Source: Gemmatimonadales bacterium (GTDB lineage: Bacteria; Krumholzibacteriota; Krumholzibacteriia; LZORAL124-64-63). From it: DNA of 64,000 nt. Shown here piece by piece: positions 30,301 to 37,079 of the stretch. The notes under the pieces are model-generated. The model made no database searches, was not told the DNA's origin, and worked only from the letters and a program-made list of their open reading frames with translations. The stretch is from contig JAHOYV010000005.1 in NCBI GenBank assembly GCA_019038745.1, positions 4,546 through 68,545 on the forward strand, written 5' to 3'. The translations under genes and the position numbers were made by a program. Within the stretch, counting starts at the first letter, position 1; every line of letters begins with the position of its first letter.

Positions 30301-30912
30301 GACGCCCAGGTTTCCTTGAACGGGATCGAAAAGTGGCGGATCTTCGGCGGAAAATCGGATGATCCTGACGGGGGTTGGTTCAAGGGATCGAACATGAGCC
30401 TAGGTTATAAGCAAACCAAGACCGTGATGGGGATGACCTCAGTCAGTAATGATCCCAAGACTACCACTTCGATTAATCCCCGTTGGACTGTAAATTTCCA
30501 CAACGGCATGACTGCAACCCTTACTTCCTCCATCGTCCGGGACAACGCCATGGGAAACGGGACCCTTACCGAATCGAATCGGCTCCGTTACGGATTGCAA
30601 CTCAAGCACCAGTTCCGCGCCCAGCGGCTCCTGGCAAAAATCGGGCTATACAGGCCCGGGGCCAATCCCACCATCACCATGGATGTGGACATCAACTACT
30701 CCCTGAACGAGAGTGTGCGCACCAGCCCCGAGAGTGAGCCCTCTGCGCCCACCGGAACCAGGCTATACGGCGTCACTCCCCGTTTCACGTATCAGGTCAG
30801 TCGGAATTTATCAAGTGGCATGAATTTAGGTTTCAACAAGACGTCCAATCTGGCCACTGGTGTGTCAAGTACCAAGATTAGCTTGGGTATGGAGGTGACT
30901 TTTGTCTTCTAG
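24325..30912 (+). CDS. giant (2195 aa) outer-membrane beta-barrel protein, probable SprA/Sov-family T9SS translocon
   Basis: A single uninterrupted 6.6-kb ORF with an N-terminal signal/anchor (LWLATTLLHLFSLLAILLFQFMIPVSVLA). It has abundant amphipathic beta-strand-like segments and a C-terminal beta-signal (KISLGMEVTFVF, ending in Phe). The size matches SprA/Sov (about 2.2-2.5 k aa), and a Glu/Arg-rich disordered insert lies near aa 1790-1880. The SprA family assignment is by size and architecture only. Confidence 0.45.
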   Translation: MLVMRQGIPVNRDLKRGSTPNAGRLWLATTLLHLFSLLAILLFQFMIPVSVLADPAYEGLLLYGLDPVLKSTEDPRLLGVERMLMRERLARLGIDPVRDRGLRPGMYSVFLKSWRSKSRVDLVRQEQVIEYNGVLGLMTVIEYPTYFFLFPTRQVLAGGFVYYPPRPIDDPVVNLFIDELDGGQVRSQAVKRRLTWDKSLNLLGSGAAGSGDKSINLTIPIKLPRTLEKIIGRGEKTRIKISGREHISIGGESTVVDPFIPNERISKPSYFPSLDMKQELNVNLSGTIGEKIILEVDHNSEAFGADGTQIKLMYRGLEDEVINTIEAGDVGLTLPNSNLLGYNSSESGLFGVKVTGQVGRADFTVVASKQKAEASSKTFNSSGGSMEDIEIPSYRYLNNRFFFLDLPGLDSPGRGGGSGYENYSIDPTSIRVYKQMGAGTYGVNDIRNVAVYLDDTGLFDPLDFDDPYFYSKRWRLVPVETMLDQLGNLVAIDLRQQMERESMLAVVYQLTDGAGGLVKVGDIPGLDEANRHEIEGESYYRMKLLKASDADKESYTFRYVLRNIYSLGGARIDPASFELKIERVDAGAAHPDQDENGIPYIQIFGLDKNDGAKGPPDGLADKTDTYIFDLQKGLLKFPLNFPEPFNASRTQYEGYANDERFVWDNSFLKKHPAPGLYDPEVNQTHYDEYGYFKLIASHASVASSFSLGASNIEEGSEVVTLDGRTLVRDTDYEIDYTFGQITLKGDNAILTPSSQIAVNFSYAPFMGGGKSSLMGFNLGYDIGQGSKLSTTWLYQSEAIVGEKAKLGEEPSRTLVGNVNFMHTFKPYVLTHVANFISRRDSEKESTVQLSGELAASLPNSNTMDRAYLEDFEGVDASDIISLTRGSWFWASAPEAYADTLDLSTKFEPVDRVPTVRWFLPRERVLRRYLNPDLEGQERDETQSSMDIYLQADSDGEWGQQNWGGIMRGISRMGLDLSRSQFLEFWVNDSVVDSTQRSGRLHIDFGYISEDGFWPILPDGELETGTYQREDGMIKIEDREGGAFIQEEDGVFIHEEDIGLGGDEWDSQRYSAAFDYDGEVDYSGPNSPFPGINGTARNQQEDTEDLNGNLVLDTENTYFSTVIDLRHTEAFVDVLRDYPSSQVADLIDEGHAWRKYRIPLTSDEVKIVSGDGLSEPNIEAVTHVRIWFEDSAGKRNTVNLQLSELRFLGSRWQREGIRLASDESLLLPGDIELLPHEEFFLGEANNKENPDYRLDPPPFEIPVLNGIEEKEQSILLDFQELKVGHMVRAGKQVSPRGDDYTRYRDMSWYWYNPLEANKDLGLFFRVGSDSLNYYEVSYKFADDNAHTGWKSVKIDLAKLADVKNRFPDPATGYIHSTIPDIFTGQDYNVRVVGVPDLRVVKRYFFGVVNNGPSELAASGYIYFNDVKLEGVKRDMGMARQAAIRLGMADVLTVDLRWNDRDAEFHGLDALQGSGINHDSWNFSTNFKVEDFIPILGFKLPVQINKGVDTRKPKYQINSDVEIFEDSVRDSLTTRDIQESFSTRLHHTPSKAALLRYMVDPWQLTISGSRSQKTSPLERSKQNNLQGSLKYNLRIPGKRKLGDFPLLGSIPVVRGVALFPEKVEVAGSFTSTNNSSVAIDIDGTEIPRAPNKRRPGALKGSMDYKPNPMLAVSFSGDSDRDLMHDNLLYGLNIGRENSRKYSTRSTITMPKPKDISQARIMYPVRQAVRGLNSLRPSLQFTGSFSDVSLPPDLLLEGEDPETHSMSNDGSWDLRLTFPFGDMVKSILPEKKYSDKERSKLLEEQRRHEARDTHRRGPGAQTDLGASSPGSGGKGGEEEELTPEEQLRREEERLLQEAEDRKFEEQDRRGTPLEEGVEEDEGGGPRISLPNPLTLFLNTLRSTKPIKLTLTSRKSSSYGRTPGQATFWYQAGLDPSLDIPESDVNVFVFQDRKNLSMSTSTKVVRSLSLDLKYATDRATNEKLGTFSRDYKQEWPDAQVSLNGIEKWRIFGGKSDDPDGGWFKGSNMSLGYKQTKTVMGMTSVSNDPKTTTSINPRWTVNFHNGMTATLTSSIVRDNAMGNGTLTESNRLRYGLQLKHQFRAQRLLAKIGLYRPGANPTITMDVDINYSLNESVRTSPESEPSAPTGTRLYGVTPRFTYQVSRNLSSGMNLGFNKTSNLATGVSSTKISLGMEVTFVF

Positions 30913-30919
30913 GATAAAT

Positions 30920-31870
30920 ATGCAAAGTGGGCTTCGGTGGTTTTGCTTGATGGGGGTTCAGGTCGGACTATTGCTCGGTCTGTCGTCTCCTGTAACAGCA
31001 GGGAAAGTTCCCGATCCGCCGGAGTTCTCCGGGGAGCGATCCATGGAATTGCTGGTTGGTCAATGTGAATTGGGGCCCCGGACACCGGGATCGCCTGGAA
31101 ATCGGCGCTTGCAGGAATGGATCCTCGATATGGCCGCCTCTTCCGGGCTGACTGCCAAGCGGCAATGTTTTATGACTGACGATCCCATGGGCAGTGGTCG
31201 GATCGAGGTCTGTAATATCGTGGTCTCAACTCGGACGGGGAACCTGGAGGGGAGGTTGTGGTTGGGGGCCCACTTCGACACACGTCCGGTGTCCGATCTG
31301 GATCCGGATCCCTCCCAACGGGAAAAGCCGTTGATCGGCGCCAACGATGGGGCCAGCGGAGTGGCGGTTTTGCTGCATCTCATGGAGATTCTGGGCCGAC
31401 AACCACCGGAAGTGGGAGTGGATTTGCTCTTTTTCGATGCCGAAGACTCAGGTCACCCCGGGTCACCCGAGGAATTTTGTCTCGGAAGTCGTCATCTGGC
31501 GGAAACCCTGCAGGATTTTTCAAACCCATTAGTGGGTATCAAGCCCCGCGGCTTGATCCTGCTGGACATGATAGGTAAAGAAGATTTGCGTGTTCCCATG
31601 GAAGGGTACTCCCTGCGCTATGCTCCCGCCTGGACCCAAGGGATTTTCACCCGGGCCCTTGAACTCGGGCTGCCTGCTTTTGTTGCCGAGCCGGGACCCT
31701 CGATTTACGATGACCACGTTCCCTTTCTGGGCAAAGGTATTCCGGCAGTGGACCTGATCGACTTTGATTTTCCTCAATGGCATACTACCGGTGATGTTCC
31801 GTCCGTTTGTTCCCCGGCCAGCCTGGAACAAGTGGGCCGGCTGCTGGTCAGCCTGATATACGAGCCGTAA
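30920..31870 (+). CDS. secreted M28-family metallo-enzyme (aminopeptidase or bacterial glutaminyl-peptide cyclotransferase-like)
   Basis: Signal peptide LRWFCLMGVQVGLLLGLSSPVTAG. The M28 metal-ligand motifs HFDTR, GANDGASG, FFDAEDSG and QWHTTGD are present. The second ligand pair is E-D rather than E-E. The track ORF starts at 30902 and overlaps the giant gene. Confidence 0.6.
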   Translation: MQSGLRWFCLMGVQVGLLLGLSSPVTAGKVPDPPEFSGERSMELLVGQCELGPRTPGSPGNRRLQEWILDMAASSGLTAKRQCFMTDDPMGSGRIEVCNIVVSTRTGNLEGRLWLGAHFDTRPVSDLDPDPSQREKPLIGANDGASGVAVLLHLMEILGRQPPEVGVDLLFFDAEDSGHPGSPEEFCLGSRHLAETLQDFSNPLVGIKPRGLILLDMIGKEDLRVPMEGYSLRYAPAWTQGIFTRALELGLPAFVAEPGPSIYDDHVPFLGKGIPAVDLIDFDFPQWHTTGDVPSVCSPASLEQVGRLLVSLIYEP

Positions 31871-32064
31871 TCAAGGATTGGAAATGCTGATTTGTGATAA
31901 TCCGGGCTAAACTATCCGTGGGATCGGTCGAAAATTCTCCAAGCGGCTGTTGAAACTTTGGGTTTGACTGCAAGTGCCGGCCAGGGTTACCGCGTTCCGC
32001 TAATTTACAAGGTATTGGAGCCAATCATCGCCGTTCAGGGCGAACGTGGAAAAAGGAGTGGGGA

Positions 32065-32739
32065 ATGATCACGACTTGTACACATTGCAAAGCCAGGTAT
32101 CGGTTGGATGGGGACAAGGTTCCCCAACGCATGATCCGCGTTCGTTGCCCGGGTTGCAGCGGTGTTTTCCATCTGGATGGCAAGGCCCGTGAGCAGGAGT
32201 TACCGGTTGCGGATCCGCCATCTGATTTTGTAACAGGCTTCCAAACCGGTGCAAGTTCCATGTCGTATTCAGAATCTACGGCTCAGGGTTCTGCGGAAGT
32301 ACCGCCGAGTATGGACGCACCAGAGCCGGCACCACAACCCATTACAGGGACTCCCCTTGACTTGGATACCGCTTCCCCGATTACAACCCCCGCTGAGCCA
32401 GTTGCACCGGTTGCACCAGTTGCACCGGCCGGATTGGCCACTCCATTGGATGTCCCAGCTGCTTCGGTCGCGCCCGTACTGTCAGTTCCAGCCGCCCGGC
32501 GTAGGCGCCCCAAGGAAGAGATGCTGGCCAGGGCCCTAGTTTCCGACATTCTGGTTTACAATCGTGAACAGCGAGATGCTGCCATTGCCGAGGGAAATCT
32601 GGTCGAGGCCATGGGACCTGAGATCAAGAAGTCATGGGAACTTTACAAGGAGAAGGTTACTCCGGAAGTGGCCAACACCAATGACTACTTTCGCGAGGCA
32701 CTGAACGATATCCTGGCCGAGGGCAATAAAGTCTTCTAA
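32065..32739 (+). CDS. MJ0042-type zinc-ribbon protein with Pro/Ala-rich linker and conserved C-terminal domain
   Basis: The N-terminal MITTCTHCKARYRLDGDKVPQRMIRVRCPGCSGVFHL matches the CxxC-N18-CxxC MJ0042 finger. The middle of the protein is low-complexity (PVAPVAPVAPAG, encoded by a 9-nt tandem repeat). The C-terminal 75 aa look globular (ALVSDILVYNREQRDAAIAEGNLVEAMGPE...). Confidence 0.6.
   Translation: MITTCTHCKARYRLDGDKVPQRMIRVRCPGCSGVFHLDGKAREQELPVADPPSDFVTGFQTGASSMSYSESTAQGSAEVPPSMDAPEPAPQPITGTPLDLDTASPITTPAEPVAPVAPVAPAGLATPLDVPAASVAPVLSVPAARRRRPKEEMLARALVSDILVYNREQRDAAIAEGNLVEAMGPEIKKSWELYKEKVTPEVANTNDYFREALNDILAEGNKVF
32398..32430 (+). repeat. 9-nt tandem repeat (CCrGTTGCA x3) encoding a (PVA)n linker
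   Basis: CCAGTTGCA CCGGTTGCA CCAGTTGCA CCGGCC lies within the zinc-ribbon protein gene. Confidence 0.6.
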
Positions 32740-32754
32740 ATTTGGAAATTGCAC

Positions 32755-32787
32755 GAAAAAAGCCCGGTCACCACCGGGCTCTTTTCG
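32755..32787. terminator. bidirectional rho-independent terminator between convergent genes
   Basis: In AAAAAAGCCCGG-tcacca-CCGGGCTCTTTTC the stem is flanked by an A-run and a T-run, so it can terminate both the + gene ending at 32739 and the - gene ending at 32800. Confidence 0.7.
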
Positions 32788-32799
32788 TACCCAATGGCG

Positions 32800-33240
32800 T
32801 CAGTCTTTCCATTTGTTCTGGCTGATTTCGGCCAGAATATCATCAATCTGTTGCCGAACCCGAATATTGTGATCCGGTTCGAACAGGGCTTGTTTTACCC
32901 GACCCTGATCGTCCTTTTTCACGTAGCGAAGGGATTGCAGGTCCTCCATGGACATCAGAATGTCCTTGCTGACCCTCACCTCAAGGGATTGTCCATCCTG
33001 GTTTTTGCTTGGGTTGTGAAAAGGGTGCATCCCGTTGCCCCAACCATGAACGACCATGGAGCAGAGCAAGGCCCGGAAAGTGTTCTGACCCTGGACCGTA
33101 TCCAAATCGAAATTCCCGCCTACTTTTTCGGTAACACTGTCGATAACGGCGCAAAGCTTCAACTGGATGGATTCGTCCACCTCCAACTGGAGGAGGCGTT
33201 CGAACATGGTCTTGAGGATCTTGTCGGTATTCGTGGTCAT
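32800..33240 (-). CDS. hypothetical protein (146 aa), divergent from the MglA-like gene
   Basis: The ORF has its own terminator and is divergently arranged with 33359..34408. I recognise no motifs in it. Its size is compatible with a small regulatory or roadblock-like partner, but that is speculation. Confidence 0.45.
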   Translation of the reverse strand: MTTNTDKILKTMFERLLQLEVDESIQLKLCAVIDSVTEKVGGNFDLDTVQGQNTFRALLCSMVVHGWGNGMHPFHNPSKNQDGQSLEVRVSKDILMSMEDLQSLRYVKKDDQGRVKQALFEPDHNIRVRQQIDDILAEISQNKWKD

Positions 33241-33358
33241 TTTTGGCTCCCGAGGCGAAGATTTTCACGCCGTATTCCTGGTGTTTAACAGACGTGGTTC
33301 CGGGGACAAAATATGAAGAATTCAAACTCCAAGTTAGGTCCAGGATTTCCAATGCAAA

Positions 33359-34408
33359 ATGCTTGCCTGGAATAGCGCCATTGAAAAATTTCTTCAATTT
33401 CTTGCCAGATTTATTCTGCGCCATCTCTTGTCCACCGTTTCGGCGCTTGGTAGCAAGAACAAATTGGGGTTTCGAACTTGGCGTGGCACAGCCCTTGCGG
33501 AACTACCGTATTCGGTGATTGACCCGATTGACGGGCTGGAATTTTACCGCAGATGCAAAGGACGGAAAGACTTGTCCCAGACTTCCACAACAGCTACCAG
33601 GACTTGTCGCCTAATGTATTATGGGCCAATTGGTTCTGGTAAACGGGAGAACCTGCGACTGATTCACCAGTCCCTTCCTCCTGATCAGCTTCTGAATCTG
33701 GCTCCTGGTGATCCTGAGCGACAAATTGCCTTCCGTTTTCAGCGGGAAGGCGAGCAGGATTGGCAAGTTCTCGTTCAGGCTGTGGACACCGGGTCTGAGC
33801 GTTTCCGCGGAGCGGGAATGCCGGAAGAACCTCCATTTGACGGGGTTGTGTTCGTAGTACATTCAGGGGCATCCCTGCTGGATCAAAGCCTAGCCTCTCA
33901 GGAAGGGTTGAAGGCCTTTCTTGATTCATGGGGACAGGATTTGATGAGTATCCCGGTGATTATTCAATACAACTGCCGCGAAGAAGGCCAGGTTTTGGCG
34001 GTTGATCGTCTGGAAAACCTGCTCAACCCATGGGGCCTGCTTTCATTTCCCGCCAGCAGCAAGCGGGGAGAGGGAGTCCGGGAAACACTTAAGGCGATTC
34101 TTGGACTCACCGTAAACCATTTGAATCAGAAGATCACTGCTCCGGAAGTCGAGCAGATTCAAGTAGCCGACGCACCCATTCTCGGATTCGAGGAAACCGC
34201 CTCTCAACAAGACAGGGAAGACGGTTTGGCTCTTGATTACGGCCCGCCCCTGCCGGGAACGGAGATTGGGGAAGATACTCATGCTCGTGGTGATCAGATT
34301 TTTGACGAACTTCGGCCTCCGGTTGTCGTTCCCGTCACAATTCCCCGTCGTCTGCTGCGGGGCGATGGCCCGGTGCGCATCCTGTTGGAAATAGAGGTCC
34401 AGGACTGA
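33359..34408 (+). CDS. MglA-family Ras-like small GTPase homolog with degenerate G motifs (candidate pseudo-GTPase) and long N/C extensions
   Basis: The core aligns with MglA: RLMYYGPIGSGKRENLRLI (MglA KIVYYGPGLCGKTTNLQYI), DGVVFVVHS (MglA DGVVFVADS) and IPVIIQYNCREEG (MglA IPYVIQYNKRDL). G1 is GK-R (no Ser/Thr), G3 is AVDTGSE (MglA TVPGQ), and G4 is NCRE (MglA NKRD). An N-terminal extension of about 85 aa and an acidic C-terminal tail of about 110 aa flank the core. Confidence 0.6.
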   Translation: MLAWNSAIEKFLQFLARFILRHLLSTVSALGSKNKLGFRTWRGTALAELPYSVIDPIDGLEFYRRCKGRKDLSQTSTTATRTCRLMYYGPIGSGKRENLRLIHQSLPPDQLLNLAPGDPERQIAFRFQREGEQDWQVLVQAVDTGSERFRGAGMPEEPPFDGVVFVVHSGASLLDQSLASQEGLKAFLDSWGQDLMSIPVIIQYNCREEGQVLAVDRLENLLNPWGLLSFPASSKRGEGVRETLKAILGLTVNHLNQKITAPEVEQIQVADAPILGFEETASQQDREDGLALDYGPPLPGTEIGEDTHARGDQIFDELRPPVVVPVTIPRRLLRGDGPVRILLEIEVQD

Positions 34409-34494
34409 CGATTTCAATTTATTGGTACGCGAAAGTTGTCGAGCTGCCGGCTACCGAGTTGACCCTGCCAGGGGTCCTGATGTAGATTTGTCCC

Positions 34495-35370
34495 ATGGAA
34501 AAATCCTCCTCCCGATCCGAACAAGGCTCCAATGGGGCAGCGCATAGTGACGAGCTCTTTCAGTCCGGTCGCCGGGCCGAACAGGCCGGGCATCTGGATG
34601 AAGCACGGCGATCCTACGAGCTTGGGCTCTCCTACGCGGGGGACCACCATGTTTGGCAATACCGCCTAGGCTGCGTGTTCCTCAAGCTGGATGTTCCCGA
34701 AATGGCCGAGCCATGCTTTCGACAAGCCCTTGAAGGCAACTCTTCCCGGGCGGCCTACTGGGCAAACCTGGGCTTGGCCCTGGATCGTCAGGGCTGCCGA
34801 GAGGAATCCATCCGGGCCTACCGCAAAGCTTCTCTTCAGGAGGGTGGGAGCGCTGTTGCCTGCCACAACCTGGGGTCCATCTACGCGGAGGAGGGTAGGA
34901 CGGAGGAAGCAATCCGATTTTATGAAGAAGCGATCTCCCTGGAGCCGGATGCCGAAGGATATCTCAACCTGGGATTGGTCCATTTCGCGGCCGAGGATTT
35001 CAGCCGTGCGATGGCAAGTTTCGATCACTGTGTGGAAGCGGATCCCCTCTTTGCCCTGGGTCACTACTATGCCGGCCTTTGCTTGATGAAGCGCGGTAAC
35101 TACGAACCCACCATTTCCAGGCTCGAGACAGCTTGGAAGTTGGATCCACGGCTGGTCCGGATCCCTTTCCACCTTGGCGTTTGTATGCACAAATTGCAGT
35201 GCTATGACCAGGCGAGAAATTTCCTGGAAAGGGCCCTGGAGTCCTTTCCCGAGGACGGTCGCCTACATTATCAAATGGCCTTGACCTGTGACGCAATGGG
35301 CTTGCCTCAGGACGCTCGCCAGCACTTCAGCCGATCCCGAGCTGCCTTCCAGGACGGTGGATCATCCTGA
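34495..35370 (+). CDS. tetratricopeptide (TPR) repeat protein
   Basis: 291 aa with at least six TPR-like 34-aa units of the W-LG-Y-A-F-P pattern (AYWANLGLAL..., ACHNLGSIYAEEG..., GYLNLGLVHF..., GHYYAGLCLMK...). Confidence 0.75.
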   Translation: MEKSSSRSEQGSNGAAHSDELFQSGRRAEQAGHLDEARRSYELGLSYAGDHHVWQYRLGCVFLKLDVPEMAEPCFRQALEGNSSRAAYWANLGLALDRQGCREESIRAYRKASLQEGGSAVACHNLGSIYAEEGRTEEAIRFYEEAISLEPDAEGYLNLGLVHFAAEDFSRAMASFDHCVEADPLFALGHYYAGLCLMKRGNYEPTISRLETAWKLDPRLVRIPFHLGVCMHKLQCYDQARNFLERALESFPEDGRLHYQMALTCDAMGLPQDARQHFSRSRAAFQDGGSS

Positions 35371-35375
35371 CCGCA

Positions 35376-36203
35376 ATGGAGCCCCTCAGCCGGGTTCATG
35401 TCCTGGCCAAGGCAATGCGTCTGCATAACGGACTGGCCTGTGCTTTGATTCTGTGGGTTGGGCGGTCGCGGGTGGAGGGTTCAACGGTAGAAATAAATGC
35501 AATCGCCGGGGTTGCTGTTGTCCTGCTCAGTTCCGCCGCCCATTTGGTTAATGATTTGCTGGATTTCGGGGCCGACCGCGCCAACAGGCCTGATCGAGCC
35601 CTGCCTGCGGGTCTTTTGAGCGCTGCGGATCTGCGGAGAGCGGCCCTGTCCACCTGGTTGGCAGGCATGATTCTCGGGGTAGTTGTGATCCCGGAATGGA
35701 CGGCCTGGTGGCTTGTTTGGGGACTGGCTGGTCCTGGTTATTCCCTGATTGCCAAGGGACGAAGTTGGTTGGCGCCCATCTGGACCGCGATCGTCATCGC
35801 GAGTTGCTGGGCGGCCGGGGCCTTGGAGGGCGGTCTGCGCCTGCTGGATGTTCCGGTTTTTGCAGGGATGGTTCTGTACCTGGTTTTCCGGGAAAGAGTA
35901 AAAGCTCTTGAGGATTCCCCTGGAGATGTTTTGGCCGGGCACAGGGCCATGACTTGTACTTTCTCGGGAACGCCTCTGGGGGTTCTGTGTTTGGGAGCGA
36001 CTCTGGTGCCGTTCGGGGTCTGGCTGGCCTATTCAGGATCAGGGCTCCTTGTACATTTGGCAGCGCTGTTGTTCCTTGCCTGCCTTGTTGGGGGAGGATG
36101 GTCACTTTTGAATCCGAGGCCACGGGTGCCTCATTTGGCGGGATCGCTTTTGAAAGTCGGGGCCTTCGCAGGAGTCACTTTACTCTGGATCGTCGTTCCA
36201 TGA
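35376..36203 (+). CDS. UbiA-family polyprenyltransferase
   Basis: 275-aa polytopic membrane protein with NDLLDFGADRANRPDRALPAG (NDxxDxxxD, the first Asp-rich motif of UbiA prenyltransferases) and a second Asp-containing loop downstream. Confidence 0.6.
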   Translation: MEPLSRVHVLAKAMRLHNGLACALILWVGRSRVEGSTVEINAIAGVAVVLLSSAAHLVNDLLDFGADRANRPDRALPAGLLSAADLRRAALSTWLAGMILGVVVIPEWTAWWLVWGLAGPGYSLIAKGRSWLAPIWTAIVIASCWAAGALEGGLRLLDVPVFAGMVLYLVFRERVKALEDSPGDVLAGHRAMTCTFSGTPLGVLCLGATLVPFGVWLAYSGSGLLVHLAALLFLACLVGGGWSLLNPRPRVPHLAGSLLKVGAFAGVTLLWIVVP

Positions 36204-36284
36204 GAATTGTGGTTTTCCGGGATTACATCTGGGTCGATTTACCAATACCAATGGGGAGAAGGCATCTTGACTGAACAGTTGAAC

Positions 36285-37055
36285 ATGATTCTGCTGGCGA
36301 TAATCCAGGGGTTGACCGAGTTCCTTCCCGTAAGCAGTTCGGGGCACTTGGTTCTTGGGCAGCACCTGTTGGGCTTCCGGCAAGGCGATGTGTTTTTTGA
36401 CGTCGTGCTGCATTGTGGAACTTTGGGCTCGGTGCTGATCATTTATCGCCGAGAGCTGTTGCGCCTGCTCCGTTTCGATGGCCCTTCGGTGAAGTACATC
36501 CTCTGCCTGGGTGTGGGCACCTTGCCGGCGGTTTTGGTGGGTCTATTGGCCAAGGACTTCATAATGAGTCTTTTTCATTCCCCACTGGCGGCCGGTTTTG
36601 GGCTGCTAGTAACGGCCGGAGCCCTTTTTTCCACGCGATGGCGCTATCGGACGGCTGGTGGGGTCCAAGAGGTCTGGGAGCCGCGTCCTTTTCATCCGGC
36701 CAAGGCTTTGGTAATAGGAATGGCCCAGGCTCTGGCCATCATGCCTGGACTTAGTCGTTCCGGAATGACAATCACAGCTTCAATATGGATCGGCTTGGCC
36801 CGGGCAGAGGCGGCTCGGTTCAGCTTTTTACTTTCCATTCCCGCGATTGCCGGAGCCTTGGTTCTGCAGTTGGTCGAGGGAGTGCCGGTTAATCCCAACC
36901 AGGTATTGGTTCTGATCGGCGCCGCCGTAGTTTCCTGCTTGGTTGGATTGCTGGCCCTGCGTTGGACCACCCTGGCGGTAATCCAGGCTCATTTCTGGAA
37001 ATTCGGGATCTATTGCCTAGTCCTTGGTTTGGTCACGATCTTTATACTGGGCTGA
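36285..37055 (+). CDS. uppP: undecaprenyl-diphosphatase
   Basis: The likely start is MILLAIIQGLTEFLPVSSSGHL, the BacA/UppP signature. The protein is polytopic. The track ORF begins at 36207, 4 nt after the UbiA stop. Confidence 0.85.
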   Translation: MILLAIIQGLTEFLPVSSSGHLVLGQHLLGFRQGDVFFDVVLHCGTLGSVLIIYRRELLRLLRFDGPSVKYILCLGVGTLPAVLVGLLAKDFIMSLFHSPLAAGFGLLVTAGALFSTRWRYRTAGGVQEVWEPRPFHPAKALVIGMAQALAIMPGLSRSGMTITASIWIGLARAEAARFSFLLSIPAIAGALVLQLVEGVPVNPNQVLVLIGAAVVSCLVGLLALRWTTLAVIQAHFWKFGIYCLVLGLVTIFILG

Positions 37056-37079
37056 GGGCCGGTTGGGTAGTTGGCCGAC

